From an uncultured SAR324 cluster bacterium (GTDB taxonomy: Bacteria > SAR324 > NAC60-12): 64,000 nucleotides of DNA. The stretch spans positions 722,238 through 786,237 of the forward strand of contig CAJJCY010000003.1 of NCBI GenBank assembly GCA_905182865.1, written 5' to 3'. The position numbers were made by a program, and so were the translations under genes. The notes below the pieces were generated by a model that did not search any database, was not told the DNA's origin, and was given only the letters and a program-made list of their open reading frames with translations. Shown piece after piece: positions 1 to 9,094 of this stretch. How positions within the stretch are numbered: the stretch's first letter is position 1; each line of letters starts with the position of its first letter.

Positions 1-64
1 AATAATAAATATAATTATTTCAGTAATAAAAGCACATACAAGCAAAATACCTAACAAATTCCCT

Positions 65-170
65 GCTCTAGAGATAGAAGGCTTATCTTTAAGTCCTATT
101 TAACAGGTGAGATGACTCTTGATATCTCAGGTTATCTCACCTGCTTCCAAGTCCTGAGATATTATCTTCC
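65..170. promoter_or_regulatory. Cluster of interleaved inverted repeats and TATCT(C)/(G)AGATA motifs upstream of the first ORF
   Basis: CAGGTGAGAT (104-113) pairs with ATCTCACCTG (134-143). ATATCTCAGG (122-131) pairs with CCTGAGATAT (153-162). The AAGTCCT direct repeat occurs at 91-97 and 149-155. Further GAGATA/TATCT copies lie at about 71-76, 84-89 and 163-168. Confidence 0.4.
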
Positions 171-369
171 ATAATTCATTCCCTTATTATTTTATTCTTC
201 TTTCTTTCTTCTTTCTTATCTATTTGTTTGTAGATAATTCTAGCAATTCAAAAGGCTTCATAAGAGCTCTTGATGATCTTGGAACTTTGAATAGTCCTGA
301 TCACTCAAGTCATGTCTCTTGAAGAGTTCTAAAGGGAATAACCACTTAAATCTAAAATCAAAGGAAACT

Positions 370-1056
370 ATGAACTCCAGTATTAAAACCAATTATCCAT
401 CAACATATAAAGATCCAAACGTTGGACACAAGTCAGTAAGCTTCAGGGCTACTCCAAAAGAAGTAAAGAAGCTTGAAGAGATTCAAGAGATTCTTAGTGA
501 ACTGCATTTGAACAACAGTATCACTAATGCTTTTAGAGTAGTGTTTCATTATTTCAATACTGATCATATGCGAAAAGGGAAAGAAGATGATGAATCATAC
601 AGAGGTTCTAGTGTACTTGGTGTTTCTCTGGATACAATCCTGAGACTTGAATCACCTGATTATGGATCTCCCGATGGTACTGTCACTTTTAACATTATTG
701 ATGAGAAGAAGAGGCATTCTGATACTTATTCATGGTATGTACAGTTGAACTTAAATACAAATGAATGGCAGTTATATGATGCATACCATCAGGATCTTAG
801 GCACGATATGATGCTTGATATTATTGAGAGCAATAAGTTCAGAACGCAGTCAGATATCGGGAAAGTACTTGGCCTTGGAGATACTGCTATTAGTAAATAT
901 TTAAATGAAATGTATGAAGCTAAGGTAGGTGAATCTGAGTTAGGTAAAACAAAAAAAGATGTTATGAAGAAAGTAAGACAAACTCTTTCAGATACAAAAA
1001 AATCGTATAGGATGAGGACAGATGAAGATGTTCTTGAAGAAGAGTCTATTTGGTAA
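370..1056 (+). CDS. Hypothetical DNA-binding protein (RHH-like N-terminal unit, HTH-like C-terminal segment)
   Basis: The track ORF 319..1056 starts at TTG. I prefer the in-frame ATG at 370, preceded by AAGGA (361-365). KSVSFRATPKEVKKLEEIQEIL...ITNAFRVVFHYF resembles a ribbon-helix-helix unit. QSDIGKVLGLGDTAISKYLNEM resembles an HTH. No family recognised. Confidence 0.45.
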   Translation: MNSSIKTNYPSTYKDPNVGHKSVSFRATPKEVKKLEEIQEILSELHLNNSITNAFRVVFHYFNTDHMRKGKEDDESYRGSSVLGVSLDTILRLESPDYGSPDGTVTFNIIDEKKRHSDTYSWYVQLNLNTNEWQLYDAYHQDLRHDMMLDIIESNKFRTQSDIGKVLGLGDTAISKYLNEMYEAKVGESELGKTKKDVMKKVRQTLSDTKKSYRMRTDEDVLEEESIW

Positions 1057-1528
1057 CCTTGTAGCCTGCTTGCTGTAGAATATCTAAGGTATTCCAGAAA
1101 GTAATGACCCTTGCCGTTTTGAAACCACTACCATAAGTGAAGTCCATACCTTCAAATTTTACTGTCGTTCCTACAATATCAAATTTAAAGTATTTTGATT
1201 TTGCTACAACATCCGCTTTCCACCTCCAGCGAAGAGCCAATTTGTCCACCGGAATACCGGATGTTACAAAATCAATAACCTCAACATCTATATTATCCAC
1301 AGATTGAAAGAGATCTTCCCAATACATTCGTAACTCATCCTTGCCCTTAAATTTGAAGCCATCTGGAAGTTCTCGAACAACGTCGTCAGTGTATTGATCC
1401 ATTATCCAATTCACGTCTTCTTCCTCAAGGGCTCTTTCAAAATCATTTAGTTGGCTCTGGATCATAAAATCAGGAAAGGAACATCCAGCAAATAAAAACA
1501 CAATCATAAGAAGTTTAATTTTACTCAT
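1046..1528 (-). CDS. Lipoprotein with SnoaL/NTF2-like fold (by eye)
   Basis: 160-aa ORF with a hydrophobic N-terminus and lipobox LFAGC. The remainder (LEEEDVNWIMDQYTDDVV...MYWEDLF) resembles SnoaL-like domains. Convergent 11-bp overlap with the previous ORF. Confidence 0.45.
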   Translation of the reverse strand: MSKIKLLMIVFLFAGCSFPDFMIQSQLNDFERALEEEDVNWIMDQYTDDVVRELPDGFKFKGKDELRMYWEDLFQSVDNIDVEVIDFVTSGIPVDKLALRWRWKADVVAKSKYFKFDIVGTTVKFEGMDFTYGSGFKTARVITFWNTLDILQQAGYKVTK

Positions 1529-1928
1529 TTTTACCTTTCATTATATTTTATTTAAACGTGCTGTGAATAATCTCACAGTAAGAAATTAAGAGGATCAAAT
1601 ATTTAATTATTACGCAGTGATATCAAAGCTAAATGAGATTCAGCAGGGTAGAATCACCAAAAGGATCCCCAATCAATAATGCAATGATTATATAGAGTGA
1701 TCAAAATAAAACAAGTGAATATTTTCTCTTTTTTCAGATGATATTCCAAAGTATTAAGGATTAAGATATATATCTTATTTAGAATAGCTCGTATAGTCCA
1801 TATAACGCCTTTAAGCAGTATTAAGGGTAAATTATGAAGAGTTATATATTTAAAATTATGCTGCTGTCAGCAGCGCTCTAGTGGCGTTAACAGAGATGTT
1901 TTAACAGGCAAGAGGAAGGAGGAAGAGC

Positions 1929-2030
1929 ATGTGTATCAGGGAGCTGTTACTTACAGGAGCTGAAGGGAATGTAATTAGTGAATCAGAAGAAAAGGAATGC
2001 GATGCAATGGACAAACATATGGACGCCTAA
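1929..2030 (+). CDS. Candidate 33-aa small ORF (MCIRELLLTGAEGNVISESEEKECDAMDKHMDA)
   Basis: ATG at 1929 with a strong AAGGAGG (1916-1922) 6 nt upstream; TAA at 2028-2030. Lies in an otherwise ORF-free 660-bp stretch. Below the track's 60-aa cutoff. Confidence 0.25.
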   Translation: MCIRELLLTGAEGNVISESEEKECDAMDKHMDA

Positions 2031-2190
2031 TAAAGCCTTAACAGGTTAATAATTCTCTTGCAGACAATTCCAGTAATTTTACCTGTTATTTTATATGATG
2101 GACTACTACTTGAATCGTTTTTTTTTGGAACATGAGATGACGGTGAGGCAAAAAATGGATAGGGATATAATGTGTAAAATTTTATGCATC

Positions 2191-3642
2191 CTAATAACTA
2201 TATTTCACTTCAATTTCTGCACCGTAAAAACCATATTGTAATTTGACTGATGGATTTGTAACTGGTGTTGTTAAAGTTAATTCTGTTTTGTTGCTTCCGA
2301 TTAAATTATATGTTTGATCACCAACACCTAATGTTACTCTTGAAGTATTAGCCCAAAAGGAAGTTAAATCGGTAATTTCGTAATATGAAGTCCCATTGTG
2401 TAAATACCATTTCATGTGCACTTTAGAAACTTTAGAATCTGAATTTGTTTCCAGTTTGATAGATGGTACATATGTGTTACTAATATTATCACTGCCAATA
2501 GGATTTACCAGACTTATGTCATAGTAACCAATAGTAGAACTGTTATTATCATTAAGAAGCCAATAACCTTCTGGAAGAGTTGACAAATAATAACCATTTC
2601 CCCAATACATATCTCCAACATCGAACCGTTTTGTACTCAATTTCCCCCAGCTCGGATCAGAGTCACCATCAAGAACAAATGGATTTGTTGAACTGTATTC
2701 AACACTAGTATTTACTGTACCATTATCATGAAAAGTCTTTAAAAAAGTTGAGCCGGGTGGTATTAGAGTATACGATTTGCTACCATCAGCTGTCATCGTG
2801 TCCGTACTCTTTACAAAAATTGCCAATCCAATTCCCAGACCTGTAGCATTATCAAAATCTGTAAAAACGTCATTTGTAACTTTTGACATATATTTGTAAC
2901 GAACCTCCATAAAAGACAGTTCTGAATAATTAGAACTCCCATTTACATAAATGTTTTTGATCATTTTTACGTAGTCATCAGCTGAAGCACGAACTTTTAA
3001 TTGATCAGAAGTAAATGTTGCAAATTTATCTGCTGTTTCATCAATTGTTTTGCCAATGGCTTCATCACTTGCATTATCTCCAGTATCATTATCATAACTA
3101 CCTTGATTAACCGTGCCCATATCAAGATCATTTTTGAGGTCTGAAACAGGTATAGAGACCAGGCTTTCAGTACCACCAAGAGATAAAAATCCTATGATCT
3201 GATCTTTTTTTTCTGTTTTAGTAGAGTCCACCAGAACAAAAACATAACCCAAACACTCCATTGTACTAGTTGGATTACAGTTTAGATAAACATCTAAGGC
3301 AAATGTACCGTCACTTGCTATATTAAAAATCTGTCTGCCCATTTTACTGGCATGCCCCTCTTGAAGCATGATGGAGTAGTTAAGCGATACATTTGAAGTT
3401 CCCTCATAGGGTTTTGTTCTTGAAATAGGGATTGCCCAGACTTGATTTGCCGTTTGAGATGAATTATCAGATGATGAGCTGGCGAATCTAGAAGATTTGC
3501 TCCTATTTGCCGAATATCCCGTTCCTAAAGTTCCAGTTATTTTTTTTGGATCACTACTACTGCTTGAACTGTCTTTTTTGGAACAGGAGACGACTGTTAG
3601 ACTAAAAAGGGATATGAGAATTATGTATAAAACTTTATTCAT
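2191..3642 (-). CDS. Hypothetical lipoprotein, 483 aa
   Basis: Signal peptide plus lipobox (SLTVVSCS), then a poly-Ser linker. The body is rich in Asn, Ser and Thr and ends in the aromatic tail ...EVKYSY. No family recognised. Confidence 0.6.
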   Translation of the reverse strand: MNKVLYIILISLFSLTVVSCSKKDSSSSSSDPKKITGTLGTGYSANRSKSSRFASSSSDNSSQTANQVWAIPISRTKPYEGTSNVSLNYSIMLQEGHASKMGRQIFNIASDGTFALDVYLNCNPTSTMECLGYVFVLVDSTKTEKKDQIIGFLSLGGTESLVSIPVSDLKNDLDMGTVNQGSYDNDTGDNASDEAIGKTIDETADKFATFTSDQLKVRASADDYVKMIKNIYVNGSSNYSELSFMEVRYKYMSKVTNDVFTDFDNATGLGIGLAIFVKSTDTMTADGSKSYTLIPPGSTFLKTFHDNGTVNTSVEYSSTNPFVLDGDSDPSWGKLSTKRFDVGDMYWGNGYYLSTLPEGYWLLNDNNSSTIGYYDISLVNPIGSDNISNTYVPSIKLETNSDSKVSKVHMKWYLHNGTSYYEITDLTSFWANTSRVTLGVGDQTYNLIGSNKTELTLTTPVTNPSVKLQYGFYGAEIEVKYSY

Positions 3643-4046
3643 CTTTTTCCTTCACCAGTAATGAGAGGAAATAAGTTTGAAAAGTCACATATTCATATTT
3701 TGGAATCAGAAACTCTGAGTAGATAATCCAGAGTTACTGAATCTGCACAAGAGATTGTCGATTCAATCCCTTATATTGCGAACTTAGACCTATGTCTACC
3801 ATATGTCAAGTTTATTATCTTATTGTTTGGAAGGATGTTTTAGGAGGATGTGGGAGTTTTACTTGGAGGTGTTTCTGACTCTGTGAAGAATTAGTGATCC
3901 TCGAATCAGAACTGACTAGTTGAGATATTTTTAGAAATATTCTGAGATGGTATTAACGATACTTCAGGAGCAGCTTCCCCCTTTGAATCTATGAAACTGT
4001 GCTAAGTGAAGAATGATAAATTATTTTTTTTTGCAGTAGGAAGGCA

Positions 4047-4080
4047 TTAATATCTATTAAATCGATAAGCTAGATATTAA
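4047..4080. repeat. Perfect 10-bp inverted repeat TTAATATCTA / TAGATATTAA with a 14-bp spacer
   Basis: Read directly: arms at 4047-4056 and 4071-4080. Lies about 120-150 bp beyond the tRNA 3' end. Confidence 0.8.
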
Positions 4081-4111
4081 ATTTTATGAGGGTCCTGATT
4101 GAGACCTATAA

Positions 4112-4151
4112 TTGTACCATTACACTTGTACCATTGGCATATTGTACCATT
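4112..4151. repeat. Three direct copies of TTGTACCATT (possible arm-type or iteron sites)
   Basis: Copies at 4112-4121, 4126-4135 and 4142-4151. Copies 1 and 3 share the 12-mer ATTGTACCATTA. Located 47-86 bp from the tRNA 3' end at 4198. Confidence 0.8.
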
Positions 4152-4197
4152 AGTAATAAGTCAATATTATTAGTAGTTTATATGGGTTTTAATTGTG

Positions 4198-4275
4198 TGG
4201 TGCACCCGATAGGAGTCGAACCTATGACCTTCGGTTTCAGAAAACCGATGCTCTATCCAGCTGAGCTACGGGTGC
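4198..4275 (-). tRNA. tRNA with an Arg-type body; as assembled the anticodon loop is 8 nt (UUUCUGAA), so the anticodon is ambiguous (UCU or CUG)
   Basis: Reverse complement is GCACCCG TA GCTC AGCTGGATA GAGC A TCGGT TTTCTGAA ACCGA AGGTC ATAGG TTCGACT CCTAT CGGGTGC A CCA, 78 nt with encoded CCA. All four stems are Watson-Crick. The D-arm and acceptor resemble bacterial tRNA-Arg. Loop occupies 4236-4243. Confidence 0.85.
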
Positions 4276-4557
4276 ATTTAGTCGGAGTCGTTTGTCTAGA
4301 AGAGAGTCGGACAAACGTACTCAATTATGTTGCCTCGTAGAGAGGCAGGAGTCAATTTTAATTTAAGCTTTAATTACCACTCGAATTAAAGTCTAGTTTT
4401 GGTTTATACACGCCGAGTCACGTTCAATGATCTCAAACTTGAAGAGTGTTTCTAATTATTAAAATTCCTCTTATCGGTTTGGCAGGGACAGTGGGAAGTG
4501 AGAAAAAACTAAGATTTCGTACTTCTGTAGATGCTGAGCCCATTATTATTTTCGGAG

Positions 4558-5527
4558 TTAACCGGCCAAAGCAAGAGGTGGTTCAAGCCGTTTGATTTCC
4601 TGCATGCATTCCACAAAGGATGCTTCATCCAGACACTGCATTAAGCGGTTGCGCCATTCTTTTGCGTTTCTGAAACCATTTACATAATTGCCCAGATACT
4701 TGCGAAATTCCCGCACTGCAACCAATTCTTGTTTGGAGCGTCTGAATAAATGGTAATGTTTGAGTGCAAGTTCAATACGTTCATGATGAGTGGGCTCCGG
4801 GACTTTCCGTCGATCCTGAAAACACGCCCCCCGCTTCTCTTCCAATCATAAATCCATCAAGATTACCTAAATGCGCCAGGCCGTCGTTGTAGTCACGGAT
4901 ATCCCCATTACCTATTACTGGAATTTTAAGGTGACTTTTCAGTTCGTGAATGGGGCCCCAATCAGCGTCTCCTTTAAAAGCCTGATTATAGGTTCGTCCG
5001 TGAATAGTTAGCATTGAGATTCCAGCAGATTCAAGAGACTTAGTAAAATTGATTAAGTTTTTTTCGTTTTTCCAGCCTAAACGTGTTTTGACTGAAACCT
5101 CCAGCGGACATGCTTCCCGGATTGATTCAACAATCCTGCAGGCAGTGTCAACATCCTGCATCAAAGCACTGCCATGTTGAGAATGGACAATCTTTTTTGC
5201 AGGGCAACCCATGTTGATGTCTACACCCAATATTCCACGGTCTGCCACCATTCTGGCAGCTTCTGCAAACATTTTTGGAGAGTTGCCGAAAAGCTGCATG
5301 AAAAAAGGTTGTTCACATGGTTCATAGTCCAGGCGCAAACGTACATGTTCGCTTCGTACCAGGCCATCAACACTTGTGAATTCACTGAAAAGTATGACGT
5401 CTTTGCTTAATGTTCGTACAATTTGTCGAAAGGCAGAATTGGTAACTCCATCCATTGGCGCAAGACAAACAATTGGACGCTTGACTTCGGACCAGCTAAT
5501 GGCATGATTGGGGGAAGGCCTTTTCAT
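4558..5527 (-). pseudogene. dus: tRNA-dihydrouridine synthase (Dus family), reading frame broken once
   Basis: N-terminal fragment 4781..5527 carries LAPMDGVTN, NMGCPAKK, SVKTRLGW and TIHGRT. The C-terminal fragment 4558..4845 continues in another frame. The junction lies in a C6 run at 4827-4832; removing one base gives ...MIGREAGACFQD... in frame. Confidence 0.85.
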
Positions 5528-5663
5528 TATTAAAGTTTTGATTGTTTGTTCAACAGAAAAAGATTTAACATAAAAAGATGCAGCTTTAATCAGAACAGAC
5601 TAAAAACAGAGATACTCGAAAAATCCCTAAAACTCAGTCATAGTATAAATCTTACAAGCCAAA

Positions 5664-7856
5664 ATGTCCAGTTTGACAGATTCTTCTGAACTCACACGTC
5701 CTTCACTAATATCATCTGGATGGACAAGCGCAGGTACTGCCCGCACCAGTTTTGCGAAAGAATCTACTGATGATACTCTCAAAGCACAAATTACTGCACC
5801 TGCCTTGACGGAGTCACTTCAGCGACTGAGGCAGCAATTTTCTCAAATACAACTGGGCAGTGAATATTTTTTTCAGGCATTGGATTATTTGTCCTTGGGA
5901 GAGTCAGTCCAAAAAAAAAAGACTGAAGCGGCGACTCTTCGTTTGCATGTACAGTTATCCGGATTGCTCCTGATGCGCAAGGCGGTAATTTCTGGAAGTA
6001 CCTGCCTTCCTTGGTCAGAACTCCAATTTCAAATAAAAGCAATACTTCTACAAACTGGTTTTTTCGAGAAAGAAATATTTCCGGATGAATGGAAAAAATG
6101 GTTGTTGACAAGCTCTGGTACTGAAGAAGTGGCAGAAGGTTTTTGTGCAGAAAGATCTATTTTTGTAGAAAATAATTCTCTTCTGTATTTTAAAAAAAAT
6201 TTGTCGCGTGAAATTCAACTTATTTCACTGTTACGGATGCGCCTATACATGCAACCGGAATTTCCAGAAAAATCTGAAGTCGAGAATGTCCTAAAAACCG
6301 TGCTTGAAGTTAATCCGGTACGTTTAGGTGAGCACACCCTAAAATTAGCAGAAGAACAAAAGGATGCTGTTTTGTCAGCGATTTCCAATCCCTTTCTAAT
6401 TATTTCAGGAGGTCCAGGTACAGGAAAAACTTCTGTGGCGGTCACATTGCTCAGGGTGCTAAAACGGCTTGGTTTAGCAAAAAGACCTGCATTGGCTGCT
6501 CCAACAGGAAGGGCGGCAAAAAGGATGTCTGAGGCGGTGGTAAGTAGTTTACGCTCTCTAGAGAATTTGGAGCAACTGGAAGAGGATCTTGAATTGTTGG
6601 ATGTTGCTGCAGAAGCAAAAACTCTTCATCGTCTTTTAGAGTATTACCCTGTAGACCGAAGCTTCAGATATCACGAATATGCCCCTTTGGAACACGACTT
6701 GCTGATAATAGATGAAGGGTCGATGATTGATCAGGATTTGATGATTTCTTTGTTGAGAGCAACCTTTTCAGAACTGCAGTATCAGTCATCTGTTCCACGG
6801 ATTATTCTCCTGGGAGACACTCAGCAACTGCCGTCAATTGGAAATGGTGCTGTGTTGCAGGAATTGACTGCAGAAAATAGTGATTCTGTCCCGGAAATTG
6901 AAGTGAGTAATCCCGTGCCGGTAGTAAGATTGGTTCATAGTTACCGACAAAAAATCAGTGATCCTGCAGGGCGTAATATTCTTGGAGTGGCCAGCACAGT
7001 TAAGGAAATGGAGCTCAATCCGCGTCCGGAATTGCTTTTTGAAACCGAATCCCCAAATCACGAAATTATTCGGAGATTGAACGGTCTTGAAGATGCTGAG
7101 TCAGAAAAGGTAATGTTACTTAATCAGCCAAATTCTCCAAATCAATTGTTAGAATTTGCACAGTGGTGGGTTAAGCGATTTTTGCAGGATGAAAAATTTA
7201 TGTTTCTGGTACAGCAAGAATATCTGCTTGATGCAGTAGAATCTGCTGTTTCTCAACTGGATTATTTGTTTAATTATTTAAAGCGTTTTCGAATTTTAAC
7301 GGCAACTCAAGTTTTGTCAACTGGAGCTGAAGCACTTAATCAAATGATTCTAAAATGTTGGCTTGCAGAAAACGGAACTAAGCATTTATTTTCGGAGCAC
7401 TATCCTGGTGAACCAGTGATGGTGTCAGAAAACAATTATCAGCATAAACTTTTCAATGGAGATCAGGGAATCTTTTTAAAATTTATACATCCTGTAACTA
7501 AAAAAGTAGAGTTGAAAGCAGTTTTTCCTGTTGAAGAAGAACACAAAACATTTTATGTGCATGAGCTGCATCATTTGCATCCAGCTTACGCAACCTCTGT
7601 TCACAAAAGCCAGGGGTCAGAATATGATCATCTGGCGTTGATCTTGCCTGCATTTACTAAAGTGGGTGTGAATAGTGAGTCAGAAAAAGGAACTCAAAGG
7701 GAATTAATGAGTCGCGAAATGCTTTATACTGCGCTGACAAGAGCAAAAAAATCTGTTTTAATAATGGGAGATCAAAGGGTTCTTGAGTCTGCCGCAATGC
7801 ACAAAGTTTTACGTTATTCAGGTCTTGGTGCTGCTTTACGGAGCAAAAACATCTAA
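5664..7856 (+). CDS. recD: RecD-family SF1 helicase (exodeoxyribonuclease V alpha subunit-like)
   Basis: ISGGPGTGKTS, LAAPTGRAAKRM, TLHRLL, LIIDEGSMID, LLGDTQQLPSIGNGAVL, NGDQGIFL, SVHKSQGSEYDHLALILP and LYTALTRAKKSV match E. coli RecD motif for motif. No recB or recC is adjacent. Confidence 0.85.
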   Translation: MSSLTDSSELTRPSLISSGWTSAGTARTSFAKESTDDTLKAQITAPALTESLQRLRQQFSQIQLGSEYFFQALDYLSLGESVQKKKTEAATLRLHVQLSGLLLMRKAVISGSTCLPWSELQFQIKAILLQTGFFEKEIFPDEWKKWLLTSSGTEEVAEGFCAERSIFVENNSLLYFKKNLSREIQLISLLRMRLYMQPEFPEKSEVENVLKTVLEVNPVRLGEHTLKLAEEQKDAVLSAISNPFLIISGGPGTGKTSVAVTLLRVLKRLGLAKRPALAAPTGRAAKRMSEAVVSSLRSLENLEQLEEDLELLDVAAEAKTLHRLLEYYPVDRSFRYHEYAPLEHDLLIIDEGSMIDQDLMISLLRATFSELQYQSSVPRIILLGDTQQLPSIGNGAVLQELTAENSDSVPEIEVSNPVPVVRLVHSYRQKISDPAGRNILGVASTVKEMELNPRPELLFETESPNHEIIRRLNGLEDAESEKVMLLNQPNSPNQLLEFAQWWVKRFLQDEKFMFLVQQEYLLDAVESAVSQLDYLFNYLKRFRILTATQVLSTGAEALNQMILKCWLAENGTKHLFSEHYPGEPVMVSENNYQHKLFNGDQGIFLKFIHPVTKKVELKAVFPVEEEHKTFYVHELHHLHPAYATSVHKSQGSEYDHLALILPAFTKVGVNSESEKGTQRELMSREMLYTALTRAKKSVLIMGDQRVLESAAMHKVLRYSGLGAALRSKNI

Positions 7857-7903
7857 AGTGAAAAAATAGAAAAACATTAAACAAAAAAGAAAAAACACCC
7901 AAA

Positions 7904-9094
7904 ATGCGTTTTAATTTATTCATTTATCCGTTTCTGTTTTTGGCAGGCACACTTGTGTTTGCTGAAAATGAATTGGATTTATCTCAAGTAGCAGGAAGTG
8001 GTACTGCTGAGCAAATACGGGGAATGATTGCATCTGGAGCAGACTTGAAGAGCAAAGATATTTCCGGAAGAAACGCGTTGATGCAGGCAGTGCTTTTCGG
8101 CAATCATGAAACTGCGCTCGTGTTGCTGGAGAACGAACCTGATCTCGAAAGCAAAGATGGTTTGGGACTGACGCCTTTAACCATATCGGTACGTTACGGC
8201 GATACAGAAATGACAAAAATTTTGTTGGAACACGGTGCAAACGTGAACGGCACTATGGAAGACGGTTCATCGCCGCTGTATTTTGCAGCACTTGAAGGAC
8301 AACTGTCTGCAGTACGCCTGTTACTTGAGTATAATTCAAATGTAAATATCCGAACAAATTACGGAGAAACAGCTCTTATTGTAGCCTCATTTGAGGGATA
8401 TTTAGGAATTGTTCGTTTGCTACTAGATGCAGGTGCAGAAATAAATGCTGTTAATGAAGAAGGTTTCACAGCTCTTTTGGCCGCTGCAAGTAATGGTTAT
8501 TTGGAAGTCGTTAATTACCTCACAATCCAAGGCGCAAAGTCTGAAATAGTTCAAGTTCAAAATAATCTTATTACACCGGAAAACTTGTTTGGCAGCAGTC
8601 GGGAGGAGGTTGAATTACAAGTTGATTCTACAGAAATGAGTGTCTCTGAACCGTTTTATGAACTGATAAGCGCTTCTATTGAAGGTCGTTTGAGTGTTGT
8701 CAATCAACTGTTGACAAAAGGAGCTCAAGTGAATAAAACTGACGATGTGGGTCGTTCTGCACTGATGGAGGCTAGTTCTTTTGGACGATATGGTGTTGTA
8801 AAGAGTCTGCTGGAATCAGGCGCAAAAGTTAATATTGCTGACAATCAAAAAATGACTGCATTGATGTTTGCAACACTTGAGGGTCGAGAAAGAGTTGTAA
8901 GTTTATTGCTTGACTGGAAGGCTGATGTTATGAACTTTGAATTCGAACTTGGACTTTCTCCGAAGTTTGATGTTAAGTTGAAAGGCAAAAAAGCAGTTAC
9001 CTATTTTCAAATCGAAGCGGATAAAAAAATGATTGAAGAACATGGTGGTAAAAATGTTGGAAGCTGCTTTGGAAGGGCGCAGCGATACCGTTAA
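7904..9094 (+). CDS. Secreted ankyrin-repeat protein; the last repeat continues to 9206 in another frame
   Basis: N-terminal signal peptide MRFNLFIYPFLFLAGTLVFA, then at least 8 ANK repeats (G.TALM.A...G....V..LL..GA.VN). After the A5 run at 9050-9054, the +1 frame reads MLEAALEGRSDTVKLLVDANADPSLSDLLERTALVIAEQQGHLDIVEMLK*, one more ANK repeat ending at 9206. Confidence 0.8.
   Translation: MRFNLFIYPFLFLAGTLVFAENELDLSQVAGSGTAEQIRGMIASGADLKSKDISGRNALMQAVLFGNHETALVLLENEPDLESKDGLGLTPLTISVRYGDTEMTKILLEHGANVNGTMEDGSSPLYFAALEGQLSAVRLLLEYNSNVNIRTNYGETALIVASFEGYLGIVRLLLDAGAEINAVNEEGFTALLAAASNGYLEVVNYLTIQGAKSEIVQVQNNLITPENLFGSSREEVELQVDSTEMSVSEPFYELISASIEGRLSVVNQLLTKGAQVNKTDDVGRSALMEASSFGRYGVVKSLLESGAKVNIADNQKMTALMFATLEGRERVVSLLLDWKADVMNFEFELGLSPKFDVKLKGKKAVTYFQIEADKKMIEEHGGKNVGSCFGRAQRYR

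Larger units (their letters stand above)
1..4197. mobile_element. Putative genomic islet abutting the 3' end of the tRNA gene; left boundary lies outside the window and no integrase is seen
   Basis: Visibly more AT-rich than the 4.5-62 kb core. Contains only unrecognisable genes or lipoprotein genes rich in Asn, Lys and Ser. Ends at the 3' end of a minus-strand tRNA, next to an inverted repeat and three direct repeats (4047-4151). Confidence 0.3.

Noticed and set aside
4086-4340. 84-aa plus-strand ORF from the track
   Set aside because: It runs antisense straight through the tRNA gene (4198-4275) and the att-like repeats. It is an artefact of tRNA sequence lacking stops.
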